Source: Candidatus Poribacteria bacterium (GTDB lineage: Bacteria > Poribacteria > WGA-4E > PCPOR2b). From it: a DNA stretch of 64,000 bases. Both the position numbers and the translations under genes were made by a program. The stretch is from the NCBI GenBank assembly GCA_965215015.1, contig OZ244042.1:5280001-5344000 (forward strand). Reading direction: 5' to 3'. The notes beneath the pieces were generated by a model. It was not told where the DNA came from, did not search any database, and worked only from the letters and a program-made list of their open reading frames with translations. The first letter of the stretch is position 1. Each line of letters begins with the position of its first letter. Below are positions 49,918 to 60,376 of this stretch, piece by piece.

Positions 49918-51318
49918 ATGAGCCTGAAAATAGAGTTAAAAAATCTTGGTATCTTGAAGCAGGCGGAATTTTCGCTGGGGGATTTGACCCTTATCTGCGG
50001 GAAAAATAACACCGGCAAAACCTATGCAGCCTATGCACTGTACGGTTTCTTGGATTCTTGGCGTGGACTGATTGATTTCGGGGTAAGTAATGATCAAATC
50101 CAACACCTGCTTACAGATGGTGGCATCGAAATTGAATTGGGAGGATATGCCGAAAGGGCGGATCGGCTGCTTGCAGAGGCGTGTCAACGATATACCGATC
50201 AACTGGATAGAATGGTTTTTGCGGCAACTGAAGGCCGGTTCCGTAACAGCGAATTCCACATCCAGATAGGAGCAATTGACATACGCGATAAAGAATTCAA
50301 ACGCGAAATGGGAATTGCTCAAGAGCAGCTTCTTAGCTATTCAAAGGAAAAGTATAGTGAACAACTCGCGGTAAGTTTGGTGGTAAAAAGAGACGAGGAG
50401 AGAGAAATTAATCCTTCTTTTATAGGAGAAACTATTAACTTTATTATCGGTTACGCTATTTTTTCCGATTTTTTGCCCCTTCCTTTTATTTCGTCAGTTG
50501 AGCGCACCGGAGTCGCTATTTTTCGACGGAAACTCGAATTTGCTCGGAACCGCCTGCATGAGGAAATAGGAAGAGTGAACCCAAAGATTAATCTTCAGGA
50601 GCTATTCTTCAAGGCATACCAAAGTTACCCTGTGCCGATAGAAAACGGTGTGGATTTTATGCACAACCTTGAAGATATTTCACAAAGACAAAGTTTTATC
50701 GGCAAAGAACACCCCGAAGTATTGAACGATTTCGCTGACATTATTGGTGGTGAGTACAACATAACACAAAATGACCAACTTTACTATATCCCCAAAGGAA
50801 CGCGGATCAAATTGACGATGGTTGAAAGTTCAAGTGCTGTGCGTTCACTTGTCGATATCGGTTTTTATTTGCATCATGTCGCCCAAAAGGGGGACCTGCT
50901 TATGGTAGATAAGCCGGAGCTAAACCTACATCCGGAAAATCAGCGCCGCATTGCCCGACTGTTTGCGCGTTTGGTGAATTTGGGCGTTAAGGTCTTTATC
51001 ACCACCCATAGCGATTACATCGTCAAAGAATTGAACACTCTCATCATGCTCAATCACGATAAGTCACACCTGAAAAAAATTGCCAAAGATAACGGTTATG
51101 ATATAGATGTTGAGGGGATCAACGCTACCCAGGTCAAGGTCTATACAGCCGAAGAAGCGTTGATGCCGTTACAGGAAGGACAAAAGAGGCGTAGAAGGGG
51201 ACACACGCTCGAGCCTGCGGATATCCATCCAGAGCTCGGCATTAAAGCCCCCAGTTTTGACGATACCATCAATGAGATGAATAGGATTCAGAGAGATATT
51301 GTATGGGGTGCGGAGTAA
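49918..51318 (+). CDS. ABC-type/AAA_15-21 ATPase (AbiEii/OLD-like), candidate defence protein
   Basis: Walker A CGKNNTGKT, signature-like ESSSAVRSL, Walker B LLMVDKPELNLHP and H-loop ITTHSDY; AT-richer than its flanks. Confidence 0.88.
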   Translation: MSLKIELKNLGILKQAEFSLGDLTLICGKNNTGKTYAAYALYGFLDSWRGLIDFGVSNDQIQHLLTDGGIEIELGGYAERADRLLAEACQRYTDQLDRMVFAATEGRFRNSEFHIQIGAIDIRDKEFKREMGIAQEQLLSYSKEKYSEQLAVSLVVKRDEEREINPSFIGETINFIIGYAIFSDFLPLPFISSVERTGVAIFRRKLEFARNRLHEEIGRVNPKINLQELFFKAYQSYPVPIENGVDFMHNLEDISQRQSFIGKEHPEVLNDFADIIGGEYNITQNDQLYYIPKGTRIKLTMVESSSAVRSLVDIGFYLHHVAQKGDLLMVDKPELNLHPENQRRIARLFARLVNLGVKVFITTHSDYIVKELNTLIMLNHDKSHLKKIAKDNGYDIDVEGINATQVKVYTAEEALMPLQEGQKRRRRGHTLEPADIHPELGIKAPSFDDTINEMNRIQRDIVWGAE

Positions 51319-51322
51319 GACC

Positions 51323-51880
51323 GTGAACGATATTGAAATATTGAAAGAAATGCTTAGCTGTAAGGTCCGGGTTGAGTTACAACAGGGGGCTAGCAAACGC
51401 CCCTCTGTCAAACTAAGAGACGAGCAATCCAAGGTGATTGTAGAAATAGAAAACCTTCCTCAAAACTCAATTGTGATCAGACCGGAGGCCTTTCTATTTA
51501 GATATGCTGTCTTTGCGGGTTTAAAGGGCGAGCGCAAACGGGCTGATTTCGTGATTGTATCCAACGAAGGCACAAGAAAATGGATCGTTTTTATCGAGAT
51601 TAAAAAGGGTGGGATAGGCGGGGAAAGGAGAGAGAGAGTTATTGCACAATTACGAGGCGCCCAGTGTATTATGGATTACTGCAAATCTATAGGAAGGGAG
51701 TTCTGGGCAGCAAAAGGGTTTCTCGGAGGCTATAACTACCGATTTGTAGGCATCGTAGATATTAACAACATTAACAAGGAACCAACACACCCCTTTCAGT
51801 CCCAAGGAAAGCATAACCGCCCTGATGTCTTTCTGCCAATTTCAGGAAGGCAGAATCTTTATTTCTACGAGCTGACCTGA
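51323..51880 (+). CDS. Putative PD-(D/E)xK-like nuclease partner of the ATPase
   Basis: KRADFVIV...VFIEIKKG...VIAQL; starts a few bp after the ATPase stop. Confidence 0.65.
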   Translation: MNDIEILKEMLSCKVRVELQQGASKRPSVKLRDEQSKVIVEIENLPQNSIVIRPEAFLFRYAVFAGLKGERKRADFVIVSNEGTRKWIVFIEIKKGGIGGERRERVIAQLRGAQCIMDYCKSIGREFWAAKGFLGGYNYRFVGIVDINNINKEPTHPFQSQGKHNRPDVFLPISGRQNLYFYELT

Positions 51881-52091
51881 TGAGGTATCTTGATGGCACT
51901 ACATCCCAGTATTTGATGAGGCATCGAAAGATGCTATGACTCTTGCGCTATAGTCGTGGCTCAACCTACCAGGACAGTTACACAGCAGGATTTGGTGTTT
52001 CCTTCAAACGTTCAACTGCGTAAATCTTAAAGTGTTAAACTTTGTTAAATGACATTGCAGATATAAAAATATACATAGAACGGAGAAATTC

Positions 52092-53375
52092 ATGGGTCAG
52101 TCGAGTTCAAAACTTATTTTGGCAGGGTGGTTAGCAGACGGTCTTGGTGGCGAAGCCAAGGCCGATCAGGCGATTCTAGTGACGGGTGATTGCATCACTG
52201 CTGTGGGACCGCGGGAGGCGATTCAGCGGCAAACGCCGCCGGACGCCGATCAGATTGACCTGAGTCGTTTTTGTGTGACGCCAGGGTTGATTGATGGGCA
52301 CACGCATCTGAGTCTGGCGGGTGATGGGCGTAGCTATGTTGAGATGTTCACCGAGACTGATGAGATGATGGTGCTCACGGGGGCAATGAATTTGCGGCGT
52401 CATTTGGCTGCCGGTATCACTACCATCCGCGAACACGGTGCGCGCAATCGGGTGGGATTTACGCTCAAGGAGGGGCTTGGTCGCGGCTACATTTCGGGCC
52501 CTCGTATGCTTGTGAGCGGGCGACCTATCACCTGTACCGGCGGGCATTTCCACATGTGCAATGAGGTCGCGGATGGCGAGGCAGAGATGCGCCGTTCTGT
52601 CCGCCGCTTGGTGCACGAAGGCGCGGATTACATCAAAATTATGGCTTCTGGGGGTGGCACCGCAGGCACGATTCCCGGTCGTGCGAGTTATACCGTTGCG
52701 GAACTCCATGCCGCCGCCCACGAGGCGCATCACTTTCACCGTTTAACGGCGGCGCATTGTCGCGCGAAAGAGTCAATGGTGCGAGCGGTTGAGGCGGGTA
52801 TTGATTTGATGGAGCACGCGGAATTTCTGGATCCGGATGACCAACTGCGTTTCGATCCGAAGATTGCTGAGATGATGGCAGAATCAGGTATCTGGATCAG
52901 CCCAACGCTTCAGGCGTGGACGGGTTATCCTGCGATTGTCAGGCTCACGGCCCAGCGGGATGCGGGTACAATTTCGCCCGAAGGCGAAGCGGATTTGAGA
53001 CGACTTGAGGAGCGGGCGGAGGTGCGCTTGGATGTGATGCGGCGTATGTTGGACTACGGTATGCGGGATCGGATTGTACCGGGTACGGACTCCGGCGTCG
53101 GCGACCTTGCCTTTGGACATATAGATTACGATTTGCAGTTACTGGTTCGTGTTGGCTTTACGCCTGCCGAGGCCCTTGTTTCTGCCACCAGTATCTCCGC
53201 TGCAGCAATCGGTATGGGGGGCGAGATTGGTGTGATCGCGCCGGGCAGGGTTGCGGATCTTGCTGCCTTCGACGGTGATCCAACTGTCGATGTTTCGGCT
53301 TTCAGTCGTGTGGTAGCGGTGTTTCAGAGGGGTCAGTGTGTCCGAATGGACCCAGAAGGTTCATCGGTTCATTGA
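52092..53375 (+). CDS. Metal-dependent amidohydrolase (prolidase/imidazolonepropionase-like)
   Basis: PGLIDGHTH, GADYIKIMASGG, AAHC, MEHA, PGTDSG and GRVADL. Confidence 0.9.
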   Translation: MGQSSSKLILAGWLADGLGGEAKADQAILVTGDCITAVGPREAIQRQTPPDADQIDLSRFCVTPGLIDGHTHLSLAGDGRSYVEMFTETDEMMVLTGAMNLRRHLAAGITTIREHGARNRVGFTLKEGLGRGYISGPRMLVSGRPITCTGGHFHMCNEVADGEAEMRRSVRRLVHEGADYIKIMASGGGTAGTIPGRASYTVAELHAAAHEAHHFHRLTAAHCRAKESMVRAVEAGIDLMEHAEFLDPDDQLRFDPKIAEMMAESGIWISPTLQAWTGYPAIVRLTAQRDAGTISPEGEADLRRLEERAEVRLDVMRRMLDYGMRDRIVPGTDSGVGDLAFGHIDYDLQLLVRVGFTPAEALVSATSISAAAIGMGGEIGVIAPGRVADLAAFDGDPTVDVSAFSRVVAVFQRGQCVRMDPEGSSVH

Positions 53376-53623
53376 ATTGACGAACATTAATACCAGGTTC
53401 CTGATAGATTGGGATTTTCAACTTGTCGGTCGAGATTCGTATCTCGACATTAAAATGTCAATTTTGGAAAATCGACCTACTTAACGGGCGGCCCCTCCGA
53501 CAGAAAAACTAATGGTTGATGGAAGGATTTGGCTGACGGATTGGAAAAATGGCGAATATCTTGCAATCTGATTCCATTGTCAAATTGGGCTTTGATCTCG
53601 GGCGCGTAAAACGATAGGAGAAA

Positions 53624-54790
53624 TTGGAGATGGCAAATCAACCCACCGTCACGATTGAACAATGGTTTACCGAGGGCTGGAAGCTGTACAAACGGCATCC
53701 GGTCACTTTTTTCTTTGCAAGTTTGCTTGGATCGTTAATTTGTATCCCACCGGCTTTTCTGTTTTTCGCTGCCCCGCTTTATGCGGGTTTGTATTATATG
53801 GCGTTGAAAGTGATGCGTGGAGAAAAGCCACGGATTCGCGATATTTTCAAGGGATTTCGCCGGTATTGGGGCGCGTTATTTCTATGGTGGTTATCTCTGA
53901 TTGCATTTATCGTGCTGTGTACAACGGGGATTGGCATCTTGGTAACACCACTGGTCTGGGCGATTTCGATGTTGGCGTTTCCATTGCTAATTGATGAACG
54001 GAAAGGCGTTGGTTCCGCCTTTGATACTGCGTTTAAGACTGTGTTTACATGGAAGAATTGTGCACGATTGTGGCTGTATGGATTGGCGGTGCCCCTTGTC
54101 TCATGTCTTGGCGTGTTGGGTTTTTTCTTCGGTCTTTTTATCACCGTTCCGCTTGCCGTTTGTGTTCAAGTGATTGCCTATCGGGACCTCTTCAAGCCTG
54201 AGGAAGCCATTCAACAGGAGGTGCTTGAGCCGTGGCAGGAATATCCCTTCAAACTCAAAGCCAAATATATTGGACCTGTTTCGCGAATTCGTGACATCCG
54301 CAACCAAATTTTTGAGCAGATTCATTCTGCTAACGATGGTGTCAAATCGCTGCTGGAAGGTTCGATTGAGCATATTGATAATGTTTTCGCGAAAGCTGCC
54401 CACCTCATTCATCGTCAACAACAGCTTGATGACTACCTAGAAACAACGAACATGCAAACGCTGCACAATGAAAAGATAGAAATCACGAGAAAATTGGCAG
54501 AGTCACCCAACGCTGCGGTGTATGCTCAATATGAGGAGGCATTACAAACCCTTGAGGAACGTATTGAAAATCATGGGCGGCTTGAAGAATTAAGGCAACA
54601 GATTGATGCGCGGTTAATGACAATTCGTGTGTCGCTTGACAACACACATGCCAAAATCATCCGGATCCGGACGACCGAGATAAGTAACGCTCATCTTGAA
54701 AGTGATGATGTTTCTAAAGCCTTGCGCGATTTACAGATTGAGATGGATGCGTTGTTGAAGAGTCTAGATGAAATGTCGGAGGCAGCTTGA
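53624..54790 (+). CDS. Hypothetical membrane protein with C-terminal coiled coil
   Basis: About five N-terminal TM segments followed by a long helical region; GGAG upstream of MANQP. Confidence 0.75.
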   Translation: MEMANQPTVTIEQWFTEGWKLYKRHPVTFFFASLLGSLICIPPAFLFFAAPLYAGLYYMALKVMRGEKPRIRDIFKGFRRYWGALFLWWLSLIAFIVLCTTGIGILVTPLVWAISMLAFPLLIDERKGVGSAFDTAFKTVFTWKNCARLWLYGLAVPLVSCLGVLGFFFGLFITVPLAVCVQVIAYRDLFKPEEAIQQEVLEPWQEYPFKLKAKYIGPVSRIRDIRNQIFEQIHSANDGVKSLLEGSIEHIDNVFAKAAHLIHRQQQLDDYLETTNMQTLHNEKIEITRKLAESPNAAVYAQYEEALQTLEERIENHGRLEELRQQIDARLMTIRVSLDNTHAKIIRIRTTEISNAHLESDDVSKALRDLQIEMDALLKSLDEMSEAA

Positions 54791-54831
54791 CAGGATAGCC
54801 GTTGGTTCATTAGTTCATGCTCATTTTTTCA

Positions 54832-55527
54832 GTTTGTAGTAGCGCGATTGATTGTGCGTCCCAACGGGTGATGAATCGCCCTACTCCATACATGAGGAAA
54901 CGATGATGCGGTTTGTAGTAGCACAATTCATGGCGCGTCCCAACGGGCGATGAATCGCCCTACTCCATACATGAGGAAACGATGATGCGGTTTGTAGTAG
55001 CGCAATTCATGGCGCGTCCCAACGGGTGATGAATCACCCTACTACATACGTGAGGAAACGATGATGCGGTTTGTAGTAGCACAATTCATGGCGCGTCCCA
55101 ACGGGCGATGAATCGCCCTACTCCATACATGAGGAAACGATGATGCGGTTTGTAGTAGCACAATTCATGGCGCGTCCCAACGGGTGATGAATCACCCTAC
55201 TACATACGTGAGGAAACGATGATGCGGTTTGTAGTAGCACAATTCATGGCGCGTCCCAACGGGTGATGAATCACCCTACTACATACATGAGGAAACGATG
55301 ATGCGGTTTGTAGTAGCGCAATTCATTGCGCGTCTCAACGGGCGATAAATCCCCCTACTCCATACATGAGGAAACGATGATGCGGTTTGTAGTAGCGCAA
55401 TTCATTGCGCGTCCTAACGGGCGATCAATCCCCCTACTCCATACGTGAGGAAACGATGATGCGGTTTGTAGTAGCGCAATTCATTGCGCGTCCCAACGGG
55501 CGATCAATCCCCCTACTACATACATGG
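54832..55527. repeat. Tandem array of nine 79-bp REP doublets (REPIN/BIME-like)
   Basis: GTTTGTAGTAGC at 54832, 54911, 54990, 55069, 55148, 55227, 55306, 55385 and 55464; each unit has two inverted GTAG-type palindromes. Confidence 0.97.
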
Positions 55528-55548
55528 GGTGATAGTGGAGGAGGAAGT

Positions 55549-56997
55549 GTGGAAAGGGAGAGCGACTGTCGGACTTCAGATTTTCATGTTGTATTATTGA
55601 GCAACTCTCAGATTAGAAGGGTTTTTCTGCCCTGTTTTTTTTATTTCGCGTTCTTTTGTTGGATAGCTACCGCGGCTGAATCCGCGCCACACCCAAGATT
55701 TGGAGGCATCTTACAGGGGGCAATTTTTCAGCCAGTTACAACGCTTGATGCGGTCAACTATCTCAGTTTTGCGGAGTTACAGGTCGCATCAAATCTGTAC
55801 GAGGGGTTGGTAAAACGAGATCGGTTCGGACGAATGGGTGCTGCCGTTGCCCAGGGGTGGACGCATTCCGATGATCACCGAATTTGGACATTTGTAATCG
55901 CACAGGGGATAGCATTTCACAACGGCAAACCGGTGACAGCGGTTGATGTGAAACTGGCTTGGGAGCGATTTGTGCGAGATGGGGTATGGCTGGTTTCTCC
56001 ACAACCCTTATTGCTGATTCGAGGTGCCGAGGCGTATCGAAACAACACGGTGACACAGATTGAAGGGATTCAGGTGCTTGATGATTCCCGCCTCCAAGTT
56101 ACATTGGAAGCGGGTGATCCGGAATTTCTGGGGAAACTGACCTCGCCGGCGGCGTGGGTAGTAACACCGGGGGATTCGCAACCCATTGGTACGGGGCAAT
56201 TTCGCTTGGAGTCCTTTGGTCGGACAGAGGTGCGATTGATGGCGAACTCGGATTACGTTTGGGGCAGCCCTTATTTGGAGCAGCTGACTTTCCGTTATTA
56301 TGCAAATTTAGATGAAGCTCTGTTTGATTTTGAATCGGGCGTTTTAGACGCCTTGCCGCTTCCCGTTACAGAGGTGGAGAGACGCCAACGTGAGCGGCTT
56401 GATGACATTTTGATCCAGACAGATGCGGCAACGCTTGTATATCTTCGTCTACCCGATGAGGTTGAGCTTGTCAGGGTGCCGCAAACCTCACCTGGACCGA
56501 CTTGGCACAATGTGCTGAAATATGCCGTTGATCCACGCGCACTCTTACATTTACAGTACGGGGAAAATCCCTCCAAAATGGTATTGGTTCCCTTTCCGTT
56601 ACCCCACAATCGTGTAAAGGCGCGCAGACGGTTGAGGCATGCAGGGTGGAATGAGCCGCTCAATCTGGTCTATGCACAGCTGCCGGACAACACGGGCAAT
56701 GCGATTGCAACGTGGCTAGCGCGTAATTCTCTTTCGCAGATTGGGTTGCAGGTAGAGGTCAAAGCGGCGGATCCCGATAGTTTACAGGGCGGATTCAAGG
56801 GAGATACGACGTTGGCTTTGCTATCCATGCCAGTTGCGCTAGAAAACGGTGCTGCATCTTTAAACATCGGTCCGCCCAATTCTTTGATTCCGCTTTATCT
56901 CCTACCTGCTAGCTTTCTATGTCAGTCGAAGGTCCGGGGAGTGAAGGTTGTATCGGGGGGCGTCCTTGCATTTGAGGGCGCGTGGCTAGCGCAGTGA
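55549..56997 (+). CDS. ABC transporter substrate-binding protein, family 5 (OppA/DppA-like)
   Basis: LYEGLV, FHNGKPVTAVDVK, PIGTGQFRL and PYLEQL; the ORF-track start (55405) lies inside the repeat, so GTG 55549 after GGAGGAGG is preferred. Confidence 0.8.
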   Translation: MERESDCRTSDFHVVLLSNSQIRRVFLPCFFYFAFFCWIATAAESAPHPRFGGILQGAIFQPVTTLDAVNYLSFAELQVASNLYEGLVKRDRFGRMGAAVAQGWTHSDDHRIWTFVIAQGIAFHNGKPVTAVDVKLAWERFVRDGVWLVSPQPLLLIRGAEAYRNNTVTQIEGIQVLDDSRLQVTLEAGDPEFLGKLTSPAAWVVTPGDSQPIGTGQFRLESFGRTEVRLMANSDYVWGSPYLEQLTFRYYANLDEALFDFESGVLDALPLPVTEVERRQRERLDDILIQTDAATLVYLRLPDEVELVRVPQTSPGPTWHNVLKYAVDPRALLHLQYGENPSKMVLVPFPLPHNRVKARRRLRHAGWNEPLNLVYAQLPDNTGNAIATWLARNSLSQIGLQVEVKAADPDSLQGGFKGDTTLALLSMPVALENGAASLNIGPPNSLIPLYLLPASFLCQSKVRGVKVVSGGVLAFEGAWLAQ

Positions 56998-57240
56998 TGC
57001 GTGATTTTAGGAACGAGTTGACATCTGCTCACCCCGAGTGACTAATGCGGAATAATACATAATGCGTAAGGGAGGGTGCAAAGATACCCGGAACATCGCG
57101 CAACAGTTTTGGCTCAATTTACCAAACACCAGAGTCCCACACGATTGGTATTTGATCCCGAAGTTTTTTGGTGAAAACTCGGGGGCTGTTGCACGATTTC
57201 TTAACATGAGCCACTTTATTTTTCGTGGAGGATATATTCT

Positions 57241-58101
57241 ATGCGTGGATTAGATTCTGAACAGATTGCGTTTTACAAAGATCGAGGCTACCTCTTAGTG
57301 GAGGATGTGATCCCTGTCGAGGCCTTGCAACTGCTGATTTCGGAGTTAAACGAAACCGTGGACCGGAACGCTCGAAAAGCGCGAGCAAAGGGAGAGTTAT
57401 CTGAGCTTTTTGAGGATGAGCCTTTCGAGCGGCGGTTGGCTCGGATTGTGGAATCTGTTACCCATCCGTCTGATACCTCATTTACTGATACCCTCTTCGA
57501 GGGATTGCACGGTAAGTTAAAGACAGAGGGTATGTTTGCCCTGCTGACGCACCCGGCTATCTTGGACATTGTTGAATCGTTGATTGGGCCAGAAATCCTG
57601 GCGCATCCCCAGTTCAATATCCGTCCGAAATTGCCCAATCAGGATACTTCTGTGGTTCCCTGGCATCAAGACTTAGGGTATTTACAACCGGACGCTTCAA
57701 AGACTTTTATGGTCAACTTCTGGATTCCGCTTGTGGATGCAACGGTGGAGAACGGTTGCATGGAGGTGATTGCAGGAAGCCATAAGGCACCGCTGATTAA
57801 CCATGTTACAGGGTTGGGACCGGGGCGCAATTTTAAGGGCATTGTCGATGCGGCGTTGCCCGATGGTGAGCAGGTCCAGTGTCCGGTCCGATTAGGCAGC
57901 GTGTTGCTCATCCAGCATAAAACCATTCACCGCTCGGTGCCGAACGGCTCCGACCACGTCCGCTGGAGTTTAGACCTACGCTATAGCGATTCTCGGATGC
58001 CTACCGGGCGGGATGGGGTGCCGGGGTTTATCGCGAGAAGCAAGGCACAGCCAGCGTCTGTGGCAAATAACCTTGAGGATTGGCTAAAATTGTTTGAGTA
58101 G
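57241..58101 (+). CDS. Phytanoyl-CoA dioxygenase (PhyH) family protein
   Basis: PWHQD, WIPLVDATVENGCM...GSH, IHRS and RWSLDLRY. Confidence 0.92.
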   Translation: MRGLDSEQIAFYKDRGYLLVEDVIPVEALQLLISELNETVDRNARKARAKGELSELFEDEPFERRLARIVESVTHPSDTSFTDTLFEGLHGKLKTEGMFALLTHPAILDIVESLIGPEILAHPQFNIRPKLPNQDTSVVPWHQDLGYLQPDASKTFMVNFWIPLVDATVENGCMEVIAGSHKAPLINHVTGLGPGRNFKGIVDAALPDGEQVQCPVRLGSVLLIQHKTIHRSVPNGSDHVRWSLDLRYSDSRMPTGRDGVPGFIARSKAQPASVANNLEDWLKLFE

Positions 58102-58104
58102 ATA

Positions 58105-58683
58105 ATGATTAGAAAAGTAAGCATGGCATTTTGCCTCATCGTGACCGTTCTGTTTATTTGGGTCTGGCACCATCAGAGTCAGTTTAATGACCATTCGCGC
58201 AAGGGCTTTTTTCATTTGAGGAATGGCGAATTGGATGAAGCGGCTGAGGCGTATACCAAAGCGATCAAGAACAAAGAGCGGACAATCTTTTTCACTCAAG
58301 AACCTTCGGCGTATAATAATCTCGGTCAAGCGTATCTGCGTAAAGGGGAGTACGCTTCGGCGATCGCTGCGTTCCAAAAAACACTGGCAATGCGGCCCGA
58401 TGCGGTTGGGGCTTATATCAATCTGGCAACCGCCTATCTGAAACAGAACTTACCAGATTCGGCGATTGAATCTTGTGAATCCGCAATTGAGATAGCCCCA
58501 GATGTTGCACACCTCCACTTTAACCTCGCTTGTGCCTATGCGCTTAAAAACGAGGACCAGAAATCAATTGATTCCCTCCAGAGAGCGGTTGCGCTTGATG
58601 GACGGATGCGGATACTTGCAAGAGAAGACAGCGTATTCGATCGCCTCCGCTCACACCCCATTTTTTCTGCTTCGTCTAAGTGA
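58105..58683 (+). CDS. Membrane-anchored TPR protein
   Basis: AYNNLGQAY, AYINLATAY and HFNLACAYA. Confidence 0.9.
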   Translation: MIRKVSMAFCLIVTVLFIWVWHHQSQFNDHSRKGFFHLRNGELDEAAEAYTKAIKNKERTIFFTQEPSAYNNLGQAYLRKGEYASAIAAFQKTLAMRPDAVGAYINLATAYLKQNLPDSAIESCESAIEIAPDVAHLHFNLACAYALKNEDQKSIDSLQRAVALDGRMRILAREDSVFDRLRSHPIFSASSK

Positions 58684-58689
58684 GTAACC

Positions 58690-59450
58690 TACCCCCCTCA
58701 GTCCCCCCGCAAGCAGGGGGAGCTACCCCCCTCAGTCCCGAATACTCACACGGTATCTCTTCCCCCTGCTTGAGGGGGGTAGGCTCAATGAGGCAGGAAC
58801 TGACGGACAACCCACCGGGTATTTAGCAGGGGGGAATTTGTTGGTGGGGGCCAATCCGTGGAGGGTGGTATCGCTGCTGAGGGTAAGAACGCGCAATGAA
58901 TTGCGCTACTACAAACAGGAGAAAAAGGAGGTGTGCCCTACCGCTAAGATAAGAACCCACCCCCCTAGCCCCCCCGCAAGCAGGGGGGGATTTGTTGGTA
59001 GGGGCCAATCCGTGGAGGGTGGTATTGCTGCTGAGGGTAAGAAGTGCGGTCGTTCCCTACTGCTAAGATAAGAACCCACCCCCCTAGCCCCCCGCAAGCA
59101 GGAGGGAAGACGTGCAATGAATTGCACTACTACAAACTCACGCCCCCTCTATACCCCCGCAAGCCGGGGGGGATTTGTTGGTGAGGGACAATCGGTGGAG
59201 GGTAGTATCGCTCTAGTAAGATGGGTTCGGCTTGTGGTTTTGTGAATGAAGTGCTGAATCTTCGGGACAGGATATGGCAGTGTCCGAACGGCGATACAGA
59301 GTTAGATAGAGATTGCACCGCTGGGGGAAAGCCCCCCTAGCCCCAAATACCCATACGGTATCTCTTCCCCCTGCTTGCGGGGGGATTGAGGGGGGTAGGG
59401 TCAATGAGGCAGGAACTGACGGACAACCCACCGGGTATTTAGCAGGGGGA
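58690..59450. repeat. Mosaic REP cluster including a tnpB-derived block (about 59191-59325)
   Basis: Same modules as the 4.6 and 34.8 kb clusters; the block translates *YRSSKMGSACGFVNEVLNLRDRIWQCPNGDTELDRDCTAG. Confidence 0.9.
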
Positions 59451-59609
59451 GGGAGAGGGCCGCAGGTTCCGCTTCCCTCTAAAGGGAATGCTTATGGCCT
59501 CGTGGATTCATCGGGAGAAGAACGCAGAGAATACGGTTCTCCCGCTTTATGAGTCTCTCAATGAGTTTCTTAGGTCAATAGGTGTCGCTGCGGTTGTGAA
59601 AATTTCTGC

Positions 59610-59638
59610 TTGACAATTTGTGGGTTGGTATGTATAAT
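59610..59638 (+). promoter_or_regulatory. Sigma70 promoter of the tRNA operon
   Basis: Perfect TTGACA-17 bp-TATAAT, 14 bp upstream of tRNA-Thr. Confidence 0.9.
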
Positions 59639-59652
59639 TAACAGTTGCGTTT

Positions 59653-59725
59653 GCTGGCGTAGCTCAGTTGGTAGAGCGAGTGATTTGTAATCACTTAGTC
59701 GGGGGTTCAAGTCCTCTCGCCAGCT
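59653..59725 (+). tRNA. tRNA-Thr(TGT)
   Basis: GCTGGCG/CGCCAGC acceptor stem; AGTGA-TTTGTAA-TCACT anticodon arm; GTTCAAG T-loop. Confidence 0.95.
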
Positions 59726-59743
59726 TTCACTCTATCTTAAAGT

Positions 59744-59825
59744 GGGGGGATACCCAAGTGGTCAACGGGAGCAGACTGTAAATCTGTTGGCACTGCCTGC
59801 GGAGGTTCAAATCCTTCTCCCCCCA
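59744..59825 (+). tRNA. tRNA-Tyr(GTA)
   Basis: GGGGGGA/TCCCCCC acceptor stem; GCAGA-CTGTAAA-TCTGT anticodon arm; long variable arm. Confidence 0.95.
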
Positions 59826-59873
59826 TCATTCCTAAGCGTCGGAGACGCGGCCCTGTGGCGTCCCAAGCAAAAC

Positions 59874-59946
59874 GCGGGAGTAGCTCAGTTGGTAGAGCAT
59901 TGGCCTTCCAAGCCAATTGTCGCGGGTTCAAGTCCCGTCTCCCGCT
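59874..59946 (+). tRNA. tRNA-Gly(TCC)
   Basis: GCGGGAG/CTCCCGC acceptor stem; TTGGC-CTTCCAA-GCCAA anticodon arm. Confidence 0.95.
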
Positions 59947-59983
59947 TTTAGGTTTTGCTTCCAGGCGTGTGTTTCCTAGTTAT

Positions 59984-60059
<76 letters not shown>

Positions 60060-60104
60060 TCCCGTTTTTTGACTCGCTGCAGTCAAAGGAAATTGGGGGG
60101 TATT

Positions 60105-60257
60105 ATGCCAAGAGATATTGTCACGTTGGCGTGTGATGATTGCAAACAGCGAAATTATGCCACAACAAGAAACAAAAGAACGCAGCAAGCGCGTTATGAG
60201 TTGAAGAAATATTGTCGCTATTGTCGTAAGCACACACCGCACAAAGAGGTTCGATAG
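60105..60257 (+). CDS. rpmG: 50S ribosomal protein L33 (Zn-binding form)
   Basis: MPRDIVTLACDDCKQRNY...ELKKYCRYCRKHTPHKE. Confidence 0.96.
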   Translation: MPRDIVTLACDDCKQRNYATTRNKRTQQARYELKKYCRYCRKHTPHKEVR

Positions 60258-60280
60258 CGTTTTAATTAATTTTGTCTTGC

Positions 60281-60354
60281 AGGCCAGTAGCTCGAACGGC
60301 TAGAGCGTCGGTCTCCAAAACCGAATGTTGGGGGTTCGAATCCCTCCTGGCCTG
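60281..60354 (+). tRNA. tRNA-Trp(CCA)
   Basis: AGGCCAG/CTGGCCT acceptor stem; TCGGT-CTCCAAA-ACCGA anticodon arm. Confidence 0.95.
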
Positions 60355-60376
60355 CCTTTTTTGTTTTTGGTGACCT

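Noticed and set aside
54832-55527. Possible CRISPR array (regular 79-bp period, GTTT start)
   Set aside because: The would-be spacers are near-identical, units are inverted REP pairs, and there are no cas genes in the window.
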